The translations under genes were made by a program, and so were the position numbers. From positions 124,001 to 188,000 of the IMG/VR virus record IMGVR_UViG_3300032322_001765: 64,000 nt of DNA; one strand, written 5' to 3'. Position 1 is the first letter of the stretch. Each line of letters begins with the position of its first letter. Positions 39,863-50,003 of the stretch are shown piece after piece. Under the pieces are notes generated by a model that was not told the DNA's origin, did no database searches, and was given only the letters and a program-made list of their open reading frames with translations.

Positions 39863-41858
39863 CTTTTTTTCCTGCTCTCGACATTTGAAACAATTTCATT
39901 TTAATTCTCTCATTTGTGTCTTTTCTAAATGTTGCAAAATTTCTATACATACTGGATTTGTTTTTCCATTCGACATCAATAGCTTTTGTAACTAAACTTA
40001 CGGTTTCTAATTTAGGTAATATTTTTTTGTTACCTTCTTCTTCCCATATGTCCCAACGATATTTGTTATCCCAAATGAGTTCTTCAGGCACTGCAAATGT
40101 ACTATTTTTACAGTAAAGTAAGCAATCCTCAAGTAAATCATCTATTATTTCAACAAACTCACATCTTAAAGATTCATATATTTCATCACGATTAGTACAC
40201 CACAGCCAAGCATAAGAAGCATAAACAGTCCAAGTTCCTTTAATCGGTCCTATTTCAAATTGCCTCCATGACTTATTCCAAAACTTACCTTCAGCTATAG
40301 GGGTAAGGTATTCATCATAAATTGGCTTATAAAAATTATCAACCTTAGATAGTGCGGTGAAGATTTTTTTGAAAACAACGTCTAACGGAACTTCTTTAAT
40401 ATGAAATAGTATGTCAATAAATGGAGTAAGCATTGCCATATTCATTAATACTAAGTTCATGTCATTCATAAAAAACATTTCTTTCCAATCTTCAACAGAG
40501 TAGGAATAACAACTGATTGGAATATGAAGTGTATTTTCTTTGGGAAAGTTTTTTGATCTATACAATTGTAAGGCGTTTGATTCATTGTCATTTAGTAAAG
40601 ACATTGATTCATCTATTGCGATTGGTGCTAATTTCATATCAAATTTAGCTAAGTAATCGGGATTACCTATAGGTGCATCAGGTAAAACATATAATGGGAC
40701 ATGATGAGTATGAGGTTTAATACTATTCATGAGTGAATATTCTATGGCTGTTTCTTGATAGAATGTTTCTACTTTCATACCAGGCAAACCTAAAATAAGT
40801 TCAACAATCACATCAATGTCATATTTTTCAATTAAATATTTTGCTAGGCTTACATTTTCTTCAGGTGTAACATCTGTTCTTTCGATATTTTCTAATATCT
40901 TTTCATCAATTGTTTGTAGACTTATTTGATATAATGTTACAAGACCTGATTGAATCAAAGGTTCTAATACTGCTTGCCTTTTGGCAGATTTAGTTTTCGC
41001 TAATCCGGTTATACCTACGAATTTCATATAATCATTTTGTTGAGCCAGTAAATTTGCAATATCGGGATCTCTTTTTAAGATACCAAAGTTTGCATCAGTA
41101 AGCCAAACAGTATGAACATTTAACTCTCTAAAGAAAGAAATATCATCAACAAGACTTTCCATTTCTTTTACAATAACTTTAGTGTTTGTGCCTCCTCCCC
41201 ATTCACAATAGGTACATTTATACATACAACCCCTATTTGTTTCGTACATAGCACCTAAAATTTTGTTTTTACTTTTAGCATATTCTGCAATTTTTCTAGC
41301 ATGATCAATGTTTGCTCTTATAATATCTGGTGGATATTTAAACTCTCTTTTGTCTCCTTCCGGACCGTAGCCTTTTCTTGAATAACTACCTCTTACCTTA
41401 AGCCAATTGATTTCGTTTTCTACTAACATATCTAACATGTCAGTTATAAAAAATTCACCGTATTCAACTGGTCTAGAAACAACATCAAAATAGGGATGAT
41501 TTTTAAACCATAAAAAAGGTTGAGTGTAGGTTGTGTGTTGGTGAGGACCGCCTAGCGATAAAATTGCATTTGGCTTACGTTCTTTAATTGCGTTAGCAAC
41601 TACCTTTACTATTTCCCAATTCCACATGTAACTACTAAATAAGTAAACATCAGCATCTTTACTTACGGCATCATCAACAATGTCATCTACCGAATATTGT
41701 TCATAGTCTGTAACAGGTGGTATCCATTCCCATTGTTCAACGTGTTTTCCATTTAATTCATAATATCTTTTAAATTCATACCACATGAGTGGCAAATACA
41801 CATGACTCATTTGCCATGTATTATAATGAAAAATAAATATTTTTTTCTTGTTATCCAT
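39855..41858 (-). CDS. B12-binding-domain radical SAM protein
   Basis: FSSYMWN, GGP, YGE, ETNRGCMYKCTYCEWG, DANFGILKRD, ELILGLPG. Confidence 0.92.
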   Translation of the reverse strand: MDNKKKIFIFHYNTWQMSHVYLPLMWYEFKRYYELNGKHVEQWEWIPPVTDYEQYSVDDIVDDAVSKDADVYLFSSYMWNWEIVKVVANAIKERKPNAILSLGGPHQHTTYTQPFLWFKNHPYFDVVSRPVEYGEFFITDMLDMLVENEINWLKVRGSYSRKGYGPEGDKREFKYPPDIIRANIDHARKIAEYAKSKNKILGAMYETNRGCMYKCTYCEWGGGTNTKVIVKEMESLVDDISFFRELNVHTVWLTDANFGILKRDPDIANLLAQQNDYMKFVGITGLAKTKSAKRQAVLEPLIQSGLVTLYQISLQTIDEKILENIERTDVTPEENVSLAKYLIEKYDIDVIVELILGLPGMKVETFYQETAIEYSLMNSIKPHTHHVPLYVLPDAPIGNPDYLAKFDMKLAPIAIDESMSLLNDNESNALQLYRSKNFPKENTLHIPISCYSYSVEDWKEMFFMNDMNLVLMNMAMLTPFIDILFHIKEVPLDVVFKKIFTALSKVDNFYKPIYDEYLTPIAEGKFWNKSWRQFEIGPIKGTWTVYASYAWLWCTNRDEIYESLRCEFVEIIDDLLEDCLLYCKNSTFAVPEELIWDNKYRWDIWEEEGNKKILPKLETVSLVTKAIDVEWKNKSSMYRNFATFRKDTNERIKMKLFQMSRAGKKDE

Positions 41859-42510
41859 ATATCTTTTTGTGTATGTCTGTTAAATTAATTGGCCATTTTC
41901 CAAAATGTGTCAATCCTGATTTAAACAATAACTCTACATTTACTTTACTTTCAATTGTCGCTTTGCTAAATCTGTCAGTATCAAATCCTATGATACTTTT
42001 TACATTTTCAAGTTCTACAAATGGGTTTTCTTTTTCAACGGTAGCATAAAAATCTATACAATGCATTTGACCATTAGTATCATAATAATGACTATGAGGA
42101 TAAATCGTTGCTTTTAAATATCCTAAATTTACTTGATCGTAAATTATTGTACTTATATCTTCGTACCAATTTTCGTTTAAATTTTTATGTTTAAAAATTA
42201 AATCATTGCAGGTATTACCATACCATTTTATGAAAATTTTATTATCTTTAATATCTAATACTTCGGGTGCATATGGTTTTGATTCAAAAATTTTTAAATA
42301 TTTACACTCACGTTCAAACATAAATTCAATATGATTTTTATCATAACACAATCTTACCTGTTTAGATTGATATTCATTTGGGTAAGAAAAATTCATGCAA
42401 AAAACATTGCCCTCAGGATTAATTCTGGGTTCATAACACATTTGAGTTGTTGTTAGCTCACCAGTGGACTCATGAGTTTTATAATATAAATTCCAGTTTT
42501 CTAAATCCAT
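41851..42510 (-). CDS. Protein-kinase-like fold protein with degenerate catalytic loop
   Basis: FERE, APEVLDI..NKIFIKWYG, LKATIYPHSHYY, CIDFY. Confidence 0.5.
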   Translation of the reverse strand: MDLENWNLYYKTHESTGELTTTQMCYEPRINPEGNVFCMNFSYPNEYQSKQVRLCYDKNHIEFMFERECKYLKIFESKPYAPEVLDIKDNKIFIKWYGNTCNDLIFKHKNLNENWYEDISTIIYDQVNLGYLKATIYPHSHYYDTNGQMHCIDFYATVEKENPFVELENVKSIIGFDTDRFSKATIESKVNVELLFKSGLTHFGKWPINLTDIHKKIYG

Positions 42511-42541
42511 CTGGTATTTATCGTGTAAATAGCTCTTAGAT

Positions 42542-43936
42542 ATGAAAGATAAAATTCAAAATTACATTAAACTAGTAGAAGAAAAAACAGGAACACCCAC
42601 ATTTTGCGCACTACCTTGGATACACTTAGCAACTAGGCCTAACGGCGACGCAAGACTTTGCTGTGTAACGAACGCAAGCGGAGCCACAACCGGTGACCAC
42701 ACGGTTGGGCTTGTGAAAAAAGAAAATGGCAAGCCGGCTAATTTTGGAAAAGATTCTTTATTAGACGCATTTAATAATGATTATATGCGTAGTGTTAGAA
42801 CAACTATGCTAGCAGGTAATATTCCAGCCAGTTGCACAAAATGCTTTGAAGAAGAAGAAAACGGCGTAGTAAGTAAAAGGTTATGGGAACTGTATGAATG
42901 GAATAGGGACGGGTTAGATTTCAATCAATTAATTAGAGATACGATGGAAGATGGCACTGTACCTCCAATTATAAGGTATATGGATTTACGTTTAGGGCAC
43001 ACATGCAATTTAAAATGTGTAATGTGTAGTCCACATGATTCTAGTCGTTGGCTTCAAGATTATGACAAAGTAATGAATCGTACTACAAGTCAAGTTGTTA
43101 AGTTTCAATTAAACTTTGATGCCGAATCATTTAACAATGTTTGGTACGAAAAGCCTACATTTTGGGATGAAGTGTTTGAACAGATACCAAACATAACACA
43201 ATTATATTTCGCAGGTGGCGAACCGCTGATGATTAAAGAACATCGTAAATTTTTAGATGAAATAGTTAAGCGTGGTTATGCAAAAAACATTAGTTTACGA
43301 TATAACAGTAACGGAATATTTGTTAATGAAGATATTATAAACGTTTGGAAAGAGTTTAAACAAGTTAGATATGCTTTTAGTTTAGATGCTATTTTTGATA
43401 GAAATCATTATATTCGATATCCGGCTAATTGGGACGAAATTGAAAGTAGTTTGCGTCTAATGGATAATACACCTGAACATATTCATTGTGCGATTGCATG
43501 TGCTGTACAAGCACTTAACATTAAACACATAGTAGAATTTGCTAAATGGAAAATAAGCCAAAATTTTAAAAAAATCAATAAATTTAAATTAGATGAATAT
43601 GAAACTGGTGGTGGAATAATTAACTTGCACTTATTGTACATCCCTACATTTTTGAGTGCTAGAATTTTACCAAAAGAGGATAAGTTAGAAATTAGAAAAC
43701 TTATTTTAGATTTTAAACAATGGCTATGGAAAAATTACACACAGGATGATAATTTTTGGCACATTAATCCATATGGTTGGAAAAGATGGGAAGCTATTTT
43801 AAAATTCGTTGAAGCAGAAGATCATTCTCATTTATTAGATGACTTTAAAGAATATATTAAAAATTTAGACGCTGTAAGAAATTTAAATTCTAGTCAAATT
43901 TTTCCTGAGCTTTCGCATTTATTTGATCAAGTATAA
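42542..43936 (+). CDS. Radical SAM protein with N-terminal twitch-like domain
   Basis: FCALPW...LCC, CTKC, CNLKCVMC, AGGEP. Confidence 0.93.
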   Translation: MKDKIQNYIKLVEEKTGTPTFCALPWIHLATRPNGDARLCCVTNASGATTGDHTVGLVKKENGKPANFGKDSLLDAFNNDYMRSVRTTMLAGNIPASCTKCFEEEENGVVSKRLWELYEWNRDGLDFNQLIRDTMEDGTVPPIIRYMDLRLGHTCNLKCVMCSPHDSSRWLQDYDKVMNRTTSQVVKFQLNFDAESFNNVWYEKPTFWDEVFEQIPNITQLYFAGGEPLMIKEHRKFLDEIVKRGYAKNISLRYNSNGIFVNEDIINVWKEFKQVRYAFSLDAIFDRNHYIRYPANWDEIESSLRLMDNTPEHIHCAIACAVQALNIKHIVEFAKWKISQNFKKINKFKLDEYETGGGIINLHLLYIPTFLSARILPKEDKLEIRKLILDFKQWLWKNYTQDDNFWHINPYGWKRWEAILKFVEAEDHSHLLDDFKEYIKNLDAVRNLNSSQIFPELSHLFDQV

Positions 43937-44666
43937 CCTTCGCAAATTTTCTATGCCAATTAGGACTAGGACTAGCACCGTCTCTAGCCGTGTCATTGCC
44001 AACAGTTTTCTCATCAGTTGAATCCATATACAAATTATACGGTACTGTATATAAGTCTACGTTATACACTTGACGGACTAACTCTACCATATGTGTATTT
44101 TTGTCTCTATTGTACTTGCAAGATGTTTTATCAATGCCAAAAAAATACCCATCATACGGTGGTTTTGAATATGCAGTAACTGCCTCATGATGGTGGTCTA
44201 AGAACACTTCTCTACGCACATCTTGTGGCCACATAATAATAACACTTAGTTTTTTACATTTTGGTAAAAAATATGGTACTGTGCAAGATACCATTCTAGC
44301 AATTGTATCTGGTGCAGCTTTAGCAATTGCTAAATTAAGTATTCTTATATTTGGCAAACTGCGTTCGATGACTCTAAGAAATATATCACGATCGGCTATT
44401 CCTGTTCCAGCTGTGGAACTATTCCCAAACCCCAAAAATAATTCATCATATTGATGATATGATTCTTCAAATTCTTTTTCTCTATAACCTAAAGAGTTTA
44501 CAGTGTAAACAATATCATCACTATCAAATCTTGCATTTTTAGGATTATCAGGGCTCTCAGGAAATAGATTGCTTGCCCATTTAAATGTAGTGCCCGCTAC
44601 TTTTTCCATAGGACTGGCTGCGATCCATGCGGGAGGAATATGAGGATAAAAATATTTATTAGCCAT
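43890..44666 (-). CDS. SGNH-like hypothetical protein
   Basis: YTVNSLGYR..EF, FGNSSTAGTG, NLA, ARDG..P...WH. Confidence 0.5.
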   Translation of the reverse strand: MANKYFYPHIPPAWIAASPMEKVAGTTFKWASNLFPESPDNPKNARFDSDDIVYTVNSLGYREKEFEESYHQYDELFLGFGNSSTAGTGIADRDIFLRVIERSLPNIRILNLAIAKAAPDTIARMVSCTVPYFLPKCKKLSVIIMWPQDVRREVFLDHHHEAVTAYSKPPYDGYFFGIDKTSCKYNRDKNTHMVELVRQVYNVDLYTVPYNLYMDSTDEKTVGNDTARDGASPSPNWHRKFAKVILDQINAKAQEKFD

Positions 44667-45567
44667 TTTTTACCTTTGTTAATGGAATGTCAGACGCACA
44701 AGTACAAAAATCCCTAGTGCAAATTATAGGGTCTATGGGTAATTTAAAATCATCTTTGTATATATTTCCTAAACTACCTCCAACTCTACACGTAGCACGA
44801 TGCACTTCACCGTCCCAGTTAATCATCAAACTTTCTAAACCTGCGTTACAGCTCCAACCCTTATATTTATTAAAGTGTTTTTTAATAATATCATTGGCGT
44901 GCATTTTAATATTGTCATCAATAATACTATTGGGTTCAACAGTAGCATCTTTACTTAATATCCAATCTAAATCATTTTGATCGTAGCGCATATCATCAAA
45001 TATATTATGATCATCATTTGTCCAACGAATTCTACGAATCGTGTACGGTACGTTGTAAACCTCTAACCTTTGAGTTGCGATTCTAACTTCTTTCATTTTA
45101 TCAGGATGAGCCATAATATTAATCATACAAGGTTTGCGCATGCCTGGCTCTACATCACTTGCTGCGTAACGTAATATTGTGTCTAATACTCTTTTCCAGT
45201 CTTTTTCAAAATGCAGACTAAACACAATATGATTTACTGGCAATCTAAAATAATAAATCGGACTTCTTGTTCCATTAGTTGTTACATTTATCCATTTAAT
45301 GTCTTTGTGAACGCAATATTGAACCAATTCTTCAAAATCAGGATGTACTGTAGGTTCTCCGCCTGTAAAACTAAGTCGTATAGGCTTACCCAATATTACT
45401 AGTTTGTCTACCGTTGCCTTTAGTACCTCTATGTCAGTGTGCGGGCTATTATTGTCATGTATACTACTAGGACAATAACTACAATCATAGTTACAACGTT
45501 TACCTAAGTTCCATTCAACCTTAATGCTGTCTTGATGATGCCAACGACTTGTTATTTTTTGCATCAT
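44659..45567 (-). CDS. Radical SAM protein with C-terminal SPASM/twitch-like domain
   Basis: CNYDCSYC, TGGEPT, GWSCNAG...C...ICTRDFCTC. Confidence 0.93.
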   Translation of the reverse strand: MMQKITSRWHHQDSIKVEWNLGKRCNYDCSYCPSSIHDNNSPHTDIEVLKATVDKLVILGKPIRLSFTGGEPTVHPDFEELVQYCVHKDIKWINVTTNGTRSPIYYFRLPVNHIVFSLHFEKDWKRVLDTILRYAASDVEPGMRKPCMINIMAHPDKMKEVRIATQRLEVYNVPYTIRRIRWTNDDHNIFDDMRYDQNDLDWILSKDATVEPNSIIDDNIKMHANDIIKKHFNKYKGWSCNAGLESLMINWDGEVHRATCRVGGSLGNIYKDDFKLPIDPIICTRDFCTCASDIPLTKVKNG

Positions 45568-46484
45568 AATATTGATCTTATTTGAGCATGGTCAATCGAC
45601 ATTTCGTGATATTTATTGTCATTATAAAACTTTAAATTTTTGACAGTTACATTATCACCTAAGATATCTTTATTCCACATCAATTTGCATAGATGATTTG
45701 GTATATACCAATCTCCAACATTATTGTGGTAATCTAAAAGAGTTTGATCAATTATTAATTTACCTAATACATATCTACCTAATGATAGTTTGTTTAAGTC
45801 ATGCAATGGGATATTAAATTTGCACTGTTTTGCCCACCGGTAAAAGAAAATTTCACTAGCCTTTGGAAAATTATATTCGGGTTTAAAAAATAACAAAGTT
45901 TCTGAACTAATTGTATTTTGGGCTGCTAACTCTGTATAATCATCATCGTCCGTAGACAAGTCTAACCAATCTTTGCCTAAAGTGCCGTAACCTAAAATTA
46001 AATCGCCCCACTTATTATTAGATTCTAGCCATATTTTATATTCTTCTTTTATGGGTATGTATTGTTCACTATTTGCAGAATAGAATACTATATTCGAATT
46101 GTATTCAGAATATTTACTGTTAATCTTATTTTCTAAAACATGTATTAATTTATTCAATGTAGATAATGTATCGTCATTGGATTCGTTAGTTAATTTGACT
46201 AGTAAACTATGCGTTTTATTTAAATCAGTTTTGGTAAAATTTTTAGGAATCTCTTTAATATTAATTGTTGTACAGATGTCATTTGCTAATCTTAATACCT
46301 TGTCAGTTGGCGTATTCATTTGAATACCTGTATTATATTCACTAGTTTCTAATTGTATCTGTTGCCATATATGCTGTACAGGATTATCAATGAGTTGATA
46401 ATTCAATTTTAGATCACCTACACGACAACTTATAGTTATTTCTAAGGTGTTGTAACCTTCTATATTTTGAAAAATCTCTTTCAT
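45564..46484 (-). CDS. Hypothetical protein
   Basis: 306-aa ORF translationally coupled within the radical SAM operon; WGDLILGYGTLGKDW segment. Confidence 0.55.
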   Translation of the reverse strand: MKEIFQNIEGYNTLEITISCRVGDLKLNYQLIDNPVQHIWQQIQLETSEYNTGIQMNTPTDKVLRLANDICTTINIKEIPKNFTKTDLNKTHSLLVKLTNESNDDTLSTLNKLIHVLENKINSKYSEYNSNIVFYSANSEQYIPIKEEYKIWLESNNKWGDLILGYGTLGKDWLDLSTDDDDYTELAAQNTISSETLLFFKPEYNFPKASEIFFYRWAKQCKFNIPLHDLNKLSLGRYVLGKLIIDQTLLDYHNNVGDWYIPNHLCKLMWNKDILGDNVTVKNLKFYNDNKYHEMSIDHAQIRSIL

Positions 46485-47743
46485 ATGTAATCCTTAAATT
46501 CCGGAGTCACCTCTAAAAAACTCTGTTTTCTAGTATTATCCAATCGCATATTGAAATTAATTGTATCTACCCAAAGATGGCTCTCATCTTTTGCTGTTAG
46601 AAAGTTCAAAACGCCATTTATTTGATTTAATGTCAACTCATATAACATCGGGTGTTTTTTAACCATTTTAAAATCTTGCAGTCTTTCAGATACAAGTTTA
46701 AGTTTAGAACTAGCAATGTTTTTTAATTGCTCAGGTAATACTTGTATACTTAAACAATTTGGATATCTAACCATATTAGTATAGAAAACAATTTCTAACT
46801 CATCTAAGAAATACTCAATCATTTCGTCTAATATTAATATGTTAGATATTTGAACAGCTACAGCTCCTACTATTCGATTAATATTAGTAATACTTTGAAC
46901 TTCTTTAATATTCTTAATTAATATATCCCACTCAGCATTACCTCGAATGTATTCATAAGAATCTTTCATGCCATCTATACTGACATTTAATGCAACGCTT
47001 TTAAAATAAGGCCAATATTCATATATATTACGATTTCCCTTACCTAACATTGTTAAATTTGTGGCGTATTTAATTTCAATTTGATGTCCATATGGTTTGA
47101 GCATATTTAATATGCGATAATGCTGCGGATCCATCAAAGGTTCACCTCCTGCAAACTCTACTCGCCTAAAGTATGGTAAATTTTTTTCTAAGCTAGACCA
47201 CCAATTGGGATTGTCTTCAAATTTATCTAATAGCGGCTTGTTTTCTAAATTATGATCTTCCACTAATTGATATATAACTTTACCGGATTCTTTATAAAAG
47301 TCTTTAATTTCTGCCCAGTCATTCCAGCTAGTGCTATCGCCGGGATGACACATCCTGCATTTTAAATTACATAGATTATTCAGCTTTAATTCCATAGTAG
47401 GAATTTTAAAAGGCATGGTCATTGTCGGATGAAGATCATCAAATGCATTTGGGTAAAGTTTTATACGGGCTTCTGGTATCTCACCCTTAATATGTCGTTG
47501 ACGTAAACTTTCTACACCTTGGTCTTCTAAGCTGAAGCAAGGTTCGCATTCTGGTGGACGTTCTCCGGACAAAACTTGAGAACGTATTCTTCTCATCGTA
47601 TGGTTATTCCATATTTCTTCTAAAGTATTATCCTGTATATTACCAATTGGATGACTGCGGCAACACACTTGTATGGCGCCATCTTCTCTTGTTGCTAATC
47701 CGGTAAAAGGATGCATACAAAATGTTTTACTATTACATTGCAT
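46481..47743 (-). CDS. Radical SAM protein with N-terminal twitch-like domain
   Basis: FCMHPF...VCC, CEPC, CNLKCRMC, AGGEP. Confidence 0.93.
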   Translation of the reverse strand: MQCNSKTFCMHPFTGLATREDGAIQVCCRSHPIGNIQDNTLEEIWNNHTMRRIRSQVLSGERPPECEPCFSLEDQGVESLRQRHIKGEIPEARIKLYPNAFDDLHPTMTMPFKIPTMELKLNNLCNLKCRMCHPGDSTSWNDWAEIKDFYKESGKVIYQLVEDHNLENKPLLDKFEDNPNWWSSLEKNLPYFRRVEFAGGEPLMDPQHYRILNMLKPYGHQIEIKYATNLTMLGKGNRNIYEYWPYFKSVALNVSIDGMKDSYEYIRGNAEWDILIKNIKEVQSITNINRIVGAVAVQISNILILDEMIEYFLDELEIVFYTNMVRYPNCLSIQVLPEQLKNIASSKLKLVSERLQDFKMVKKHPMLYELTLNQINGVLNFLTAKDESHLWVDTINFNMRLDNTRKQSFLEVTPEFKDYI

Positions 47744-48467
47744 TACTTATAGCCCAATTTCTTTCTTTACACCAAAAACATATATCACATGTAGGTACAT
47801 GTTGATTAGGTATGTATGTTTCATAAGTTATCCCTTCAAATTCACCCTCGCAACTTCTTGTTATAGAAAATAAGTCTAATAAGTTTCTTTTTCTATATTG
47901 TTGAATTACCCAATGTTTCTCAATAAATCTAAATGGGTGTATGGCATATACATTCATGTGCTTCATTAAACGCAGGTGTTGATTAAATTCAGTAGGATCA
48001 ATATCTCTTTCTTTCATCCCATCAAAGTTTTTATTTTTTGGATTTCTCGTAACACCATTATAGTAAGCACTAATTTTATTGTGATAACAAACATATTCAC
48101 TATACGCACGTATTTGAATATTATCTCCGCTTACTTTTTTACCATATTCGTCCATAAGCACAGGACCAGTTGCACCATATTCAATATCCGGTGCAATAAA
48201 ATTTACGTGTCTAGTCCATTCGAACGTTGGAAACTTCTTTGTTAAGTATTCATATACATTTTTTGAATCATATTCTTGCCATGGTCTAGTTTTCCACATA
48301 CGAATATGACTTATGATATGAATTTTCAGATTAGGGTTTTCATTTACTGCAAGTGAACATAATAGATATGCTAATAGCGCCGAATCGGCACCACCACTTA
48401 AACTGACAGCGATACTAGGCCATTCTTTATCATAGGGTATGTTAACGCCGTCTATGTTATATTCCAT
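47733..48467 (-). CDS. PP-loop ATPase, QueC-like
   Basis: SLSGGADS PP-loop; TRSCE...CDICFWCKER Zn-like C-terminus. Confidence 0.7.
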   Translation of the reverse strand: MEYNIDGVNIPYDKEWPSIAVSLSGGADSALLAYLLCSLAVNENPNLKIHIISHIRMWKTRPWQEYDSKNVYEYLTKKFPTFEWTRHVNFIAPDIEYGATGPVLMDEYGKKVSGDNIQIRAYSEYVCYHNKISAYYNGVTRNPKNKNFDGMKERDIDPTEFNQHLRLMKHMNVYAIHPFRFIEKHWVIQQYRKRNLLDLFSITRSCEGEFEGITYETYIPNQHVPTCDICFWCKERNWAISNAM

Positions 48468-49311
48468 TTTCTTCTAAATAACGAATTAAAGGTGAAACAC
48501 CGACTGGCATGCCATTTTTTAATGCTAAATAAATGCTTTTTGTTTCAGTTAAATTAAAGTCCTTGCAAATTGTCTTATATCTATGTTCATGAGTATTCCA
48601 AAGGTAATCAGGTACTAGCTCATCTAAAAAATATGAACCAATCATTACTAATGCCTTATTATTCATATGGAAATCGTTCATTATTGTAATACTATCGCTA
48701 TCTTCATTTGACCATCGTAAACCTATTCTGTTCCAACCTAACCCTAATCCTTTACTTAAACTAATACCCACCGATTTAATATTTGGGTGATTAAAATCAA
48801 ATTCTATGTCAGTACATGTTGTAACCCATGCTCCGTCGATATGTACATCAATTTTTTTCTCTGCACACTCACTGAGTATATCCTGCATATTATTATGTAT
48901 AGATCCTATTTGTGGAAATGGCATAGCGATAATTAAAGGCACACCATGTATTAAATTTTTTGGGGTAACAAGGTATGATAAGTTTAATCTACTGTGGTAT
49001 CTGTAGTCATCAACTAGTGTTTGTACCCGATGGTGCATATAAATGTTATCGATAAATTGAGTGCATCCGTTAATAATATCTATACGGTTAAATTTTTTCA
49101 ATCCATATAACGAATTACGTTTAGATTCTGATAACCAATTTACAAATCGAAACTTAAATCTATTATAAACCTCATTACTAATGTCTTTGTCCAAACATCC
49201 ATGCAACACTTGTTGTATTAGAGTGTCAATTTTTTTATCTGTAAGTGGTTGTGGTCTTTCTATTTCTAAATACTTACTATCATAATCGGGTGCAATTTTA
49301 ATTCTATCCAC
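48457..49311 (-). CDS. Fold-type I PLP-dependent enzyme-like protein
   Basis: VHIDGAW, SLSKGLGLGWNRIG; GTG start. Confidence 0.65.
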   Translation of the reverse strand: MDRIKIAPDYDSKYLEIERPQPLTDKKIDTLIQQVLHGCLDKDISNEVYNRFKFRFVNWLSESKRNSLYGLKKFNRIDIINGCTQFIDNIYMHHRVQTLVDDYRYHSRLNLSYLVTPKNLIHGVPLIIAMPFPQIGSIHNNMQDILSECAEKKIDVHIDGAWVTTCTDIEFDFNHPNIKSVGISLSKGLGLGWNRIGLRWSNEDSDSITIMNDFHMNNKALVMIGSYFLDELVPDYLWNTHEHRYKTICKDFNLTETKSIYLALKNGMPVGVSPLIRYLEENGI

Positions 49312-49334
49312 TGACTATTTACTATAAATATTTC

Positions 49335-50003
49335 ATGCTTTCAAAATTGACTCTTTCTGTAGACGTAGATAGTTTAGTAAAACAAGTTAGTGAACTTAAT
49401 TTTGGTAAAAGTTTATCCATTAATTATACCACAGGAAAATTACTTAATGGTCCTTATCTAACGAAACCCGAATTTCTAAATACTCCTTTAGGAAATATTT
49501 TACAATCTATTGAAAATGTAGGTGAAGCTAGATTATTAAAACTAGAAAGTGGAGAATCTTATACTGCACATTCTGACCCAGATGATAGAATACATGTTCC
49601 TATCATAACCAATCTATATTCTTATATTATGGATTTGGACAACAATAAAATGTATCATTTGCCTGCTGATGGATCAGTGTGGTATATGGACACAAGTGTT
49701 ACACATGTGGCAGCAAACTTTGGAGGTAGAACTAGAATACATTTAAACATTCGAGTGCTACTTCCTAAATTTAAATCCCCTGGCTACAAATTAACTGTTA
49801 CAGGAGGCGATTATGATTGGAAACAGGAAGCATATTTTACCTTAATGACTTTTTTTAATAAATCTATTAAAGAAAGAATTATTACAGGATTTGAAAAGGT
49901 AAACGAAAGAGAAGTTTTATTAAATTGTGATCCAATCGTGCTTAATCCTTACATAAAAAAATTAGAAGATAAAGGGTTTAGTATATCTTTAAGCGCCACA
50001 TAA
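49335..50003 (+). CDS. Asp/Asn beta-hydroxylase-like oxygenase
   Basis: EARLLKL...YTAHSD...RIHVPI, HVAANFG..RIHL. Confidence 0.75.
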   Translation: MLSKLTLSVDVDSLVKQVSELNFGKSLSINYTTGKLLNGPYLTKPEFLNTPLGNILQSIENVGEARLLKLESGESYTAHSDPDDRIHVPIITNLYSYIMDLDNNKMYHLPADGSVWYMDTSVTHVAANFGGRTRIHLNIRVLLPKFKSPGYKLTVTGGDYDWKQEAYFTLMTFFNKSIKERIITGFEKVNEREVLLNCDPIVLNPYIKKLEDKGFSISLSAT

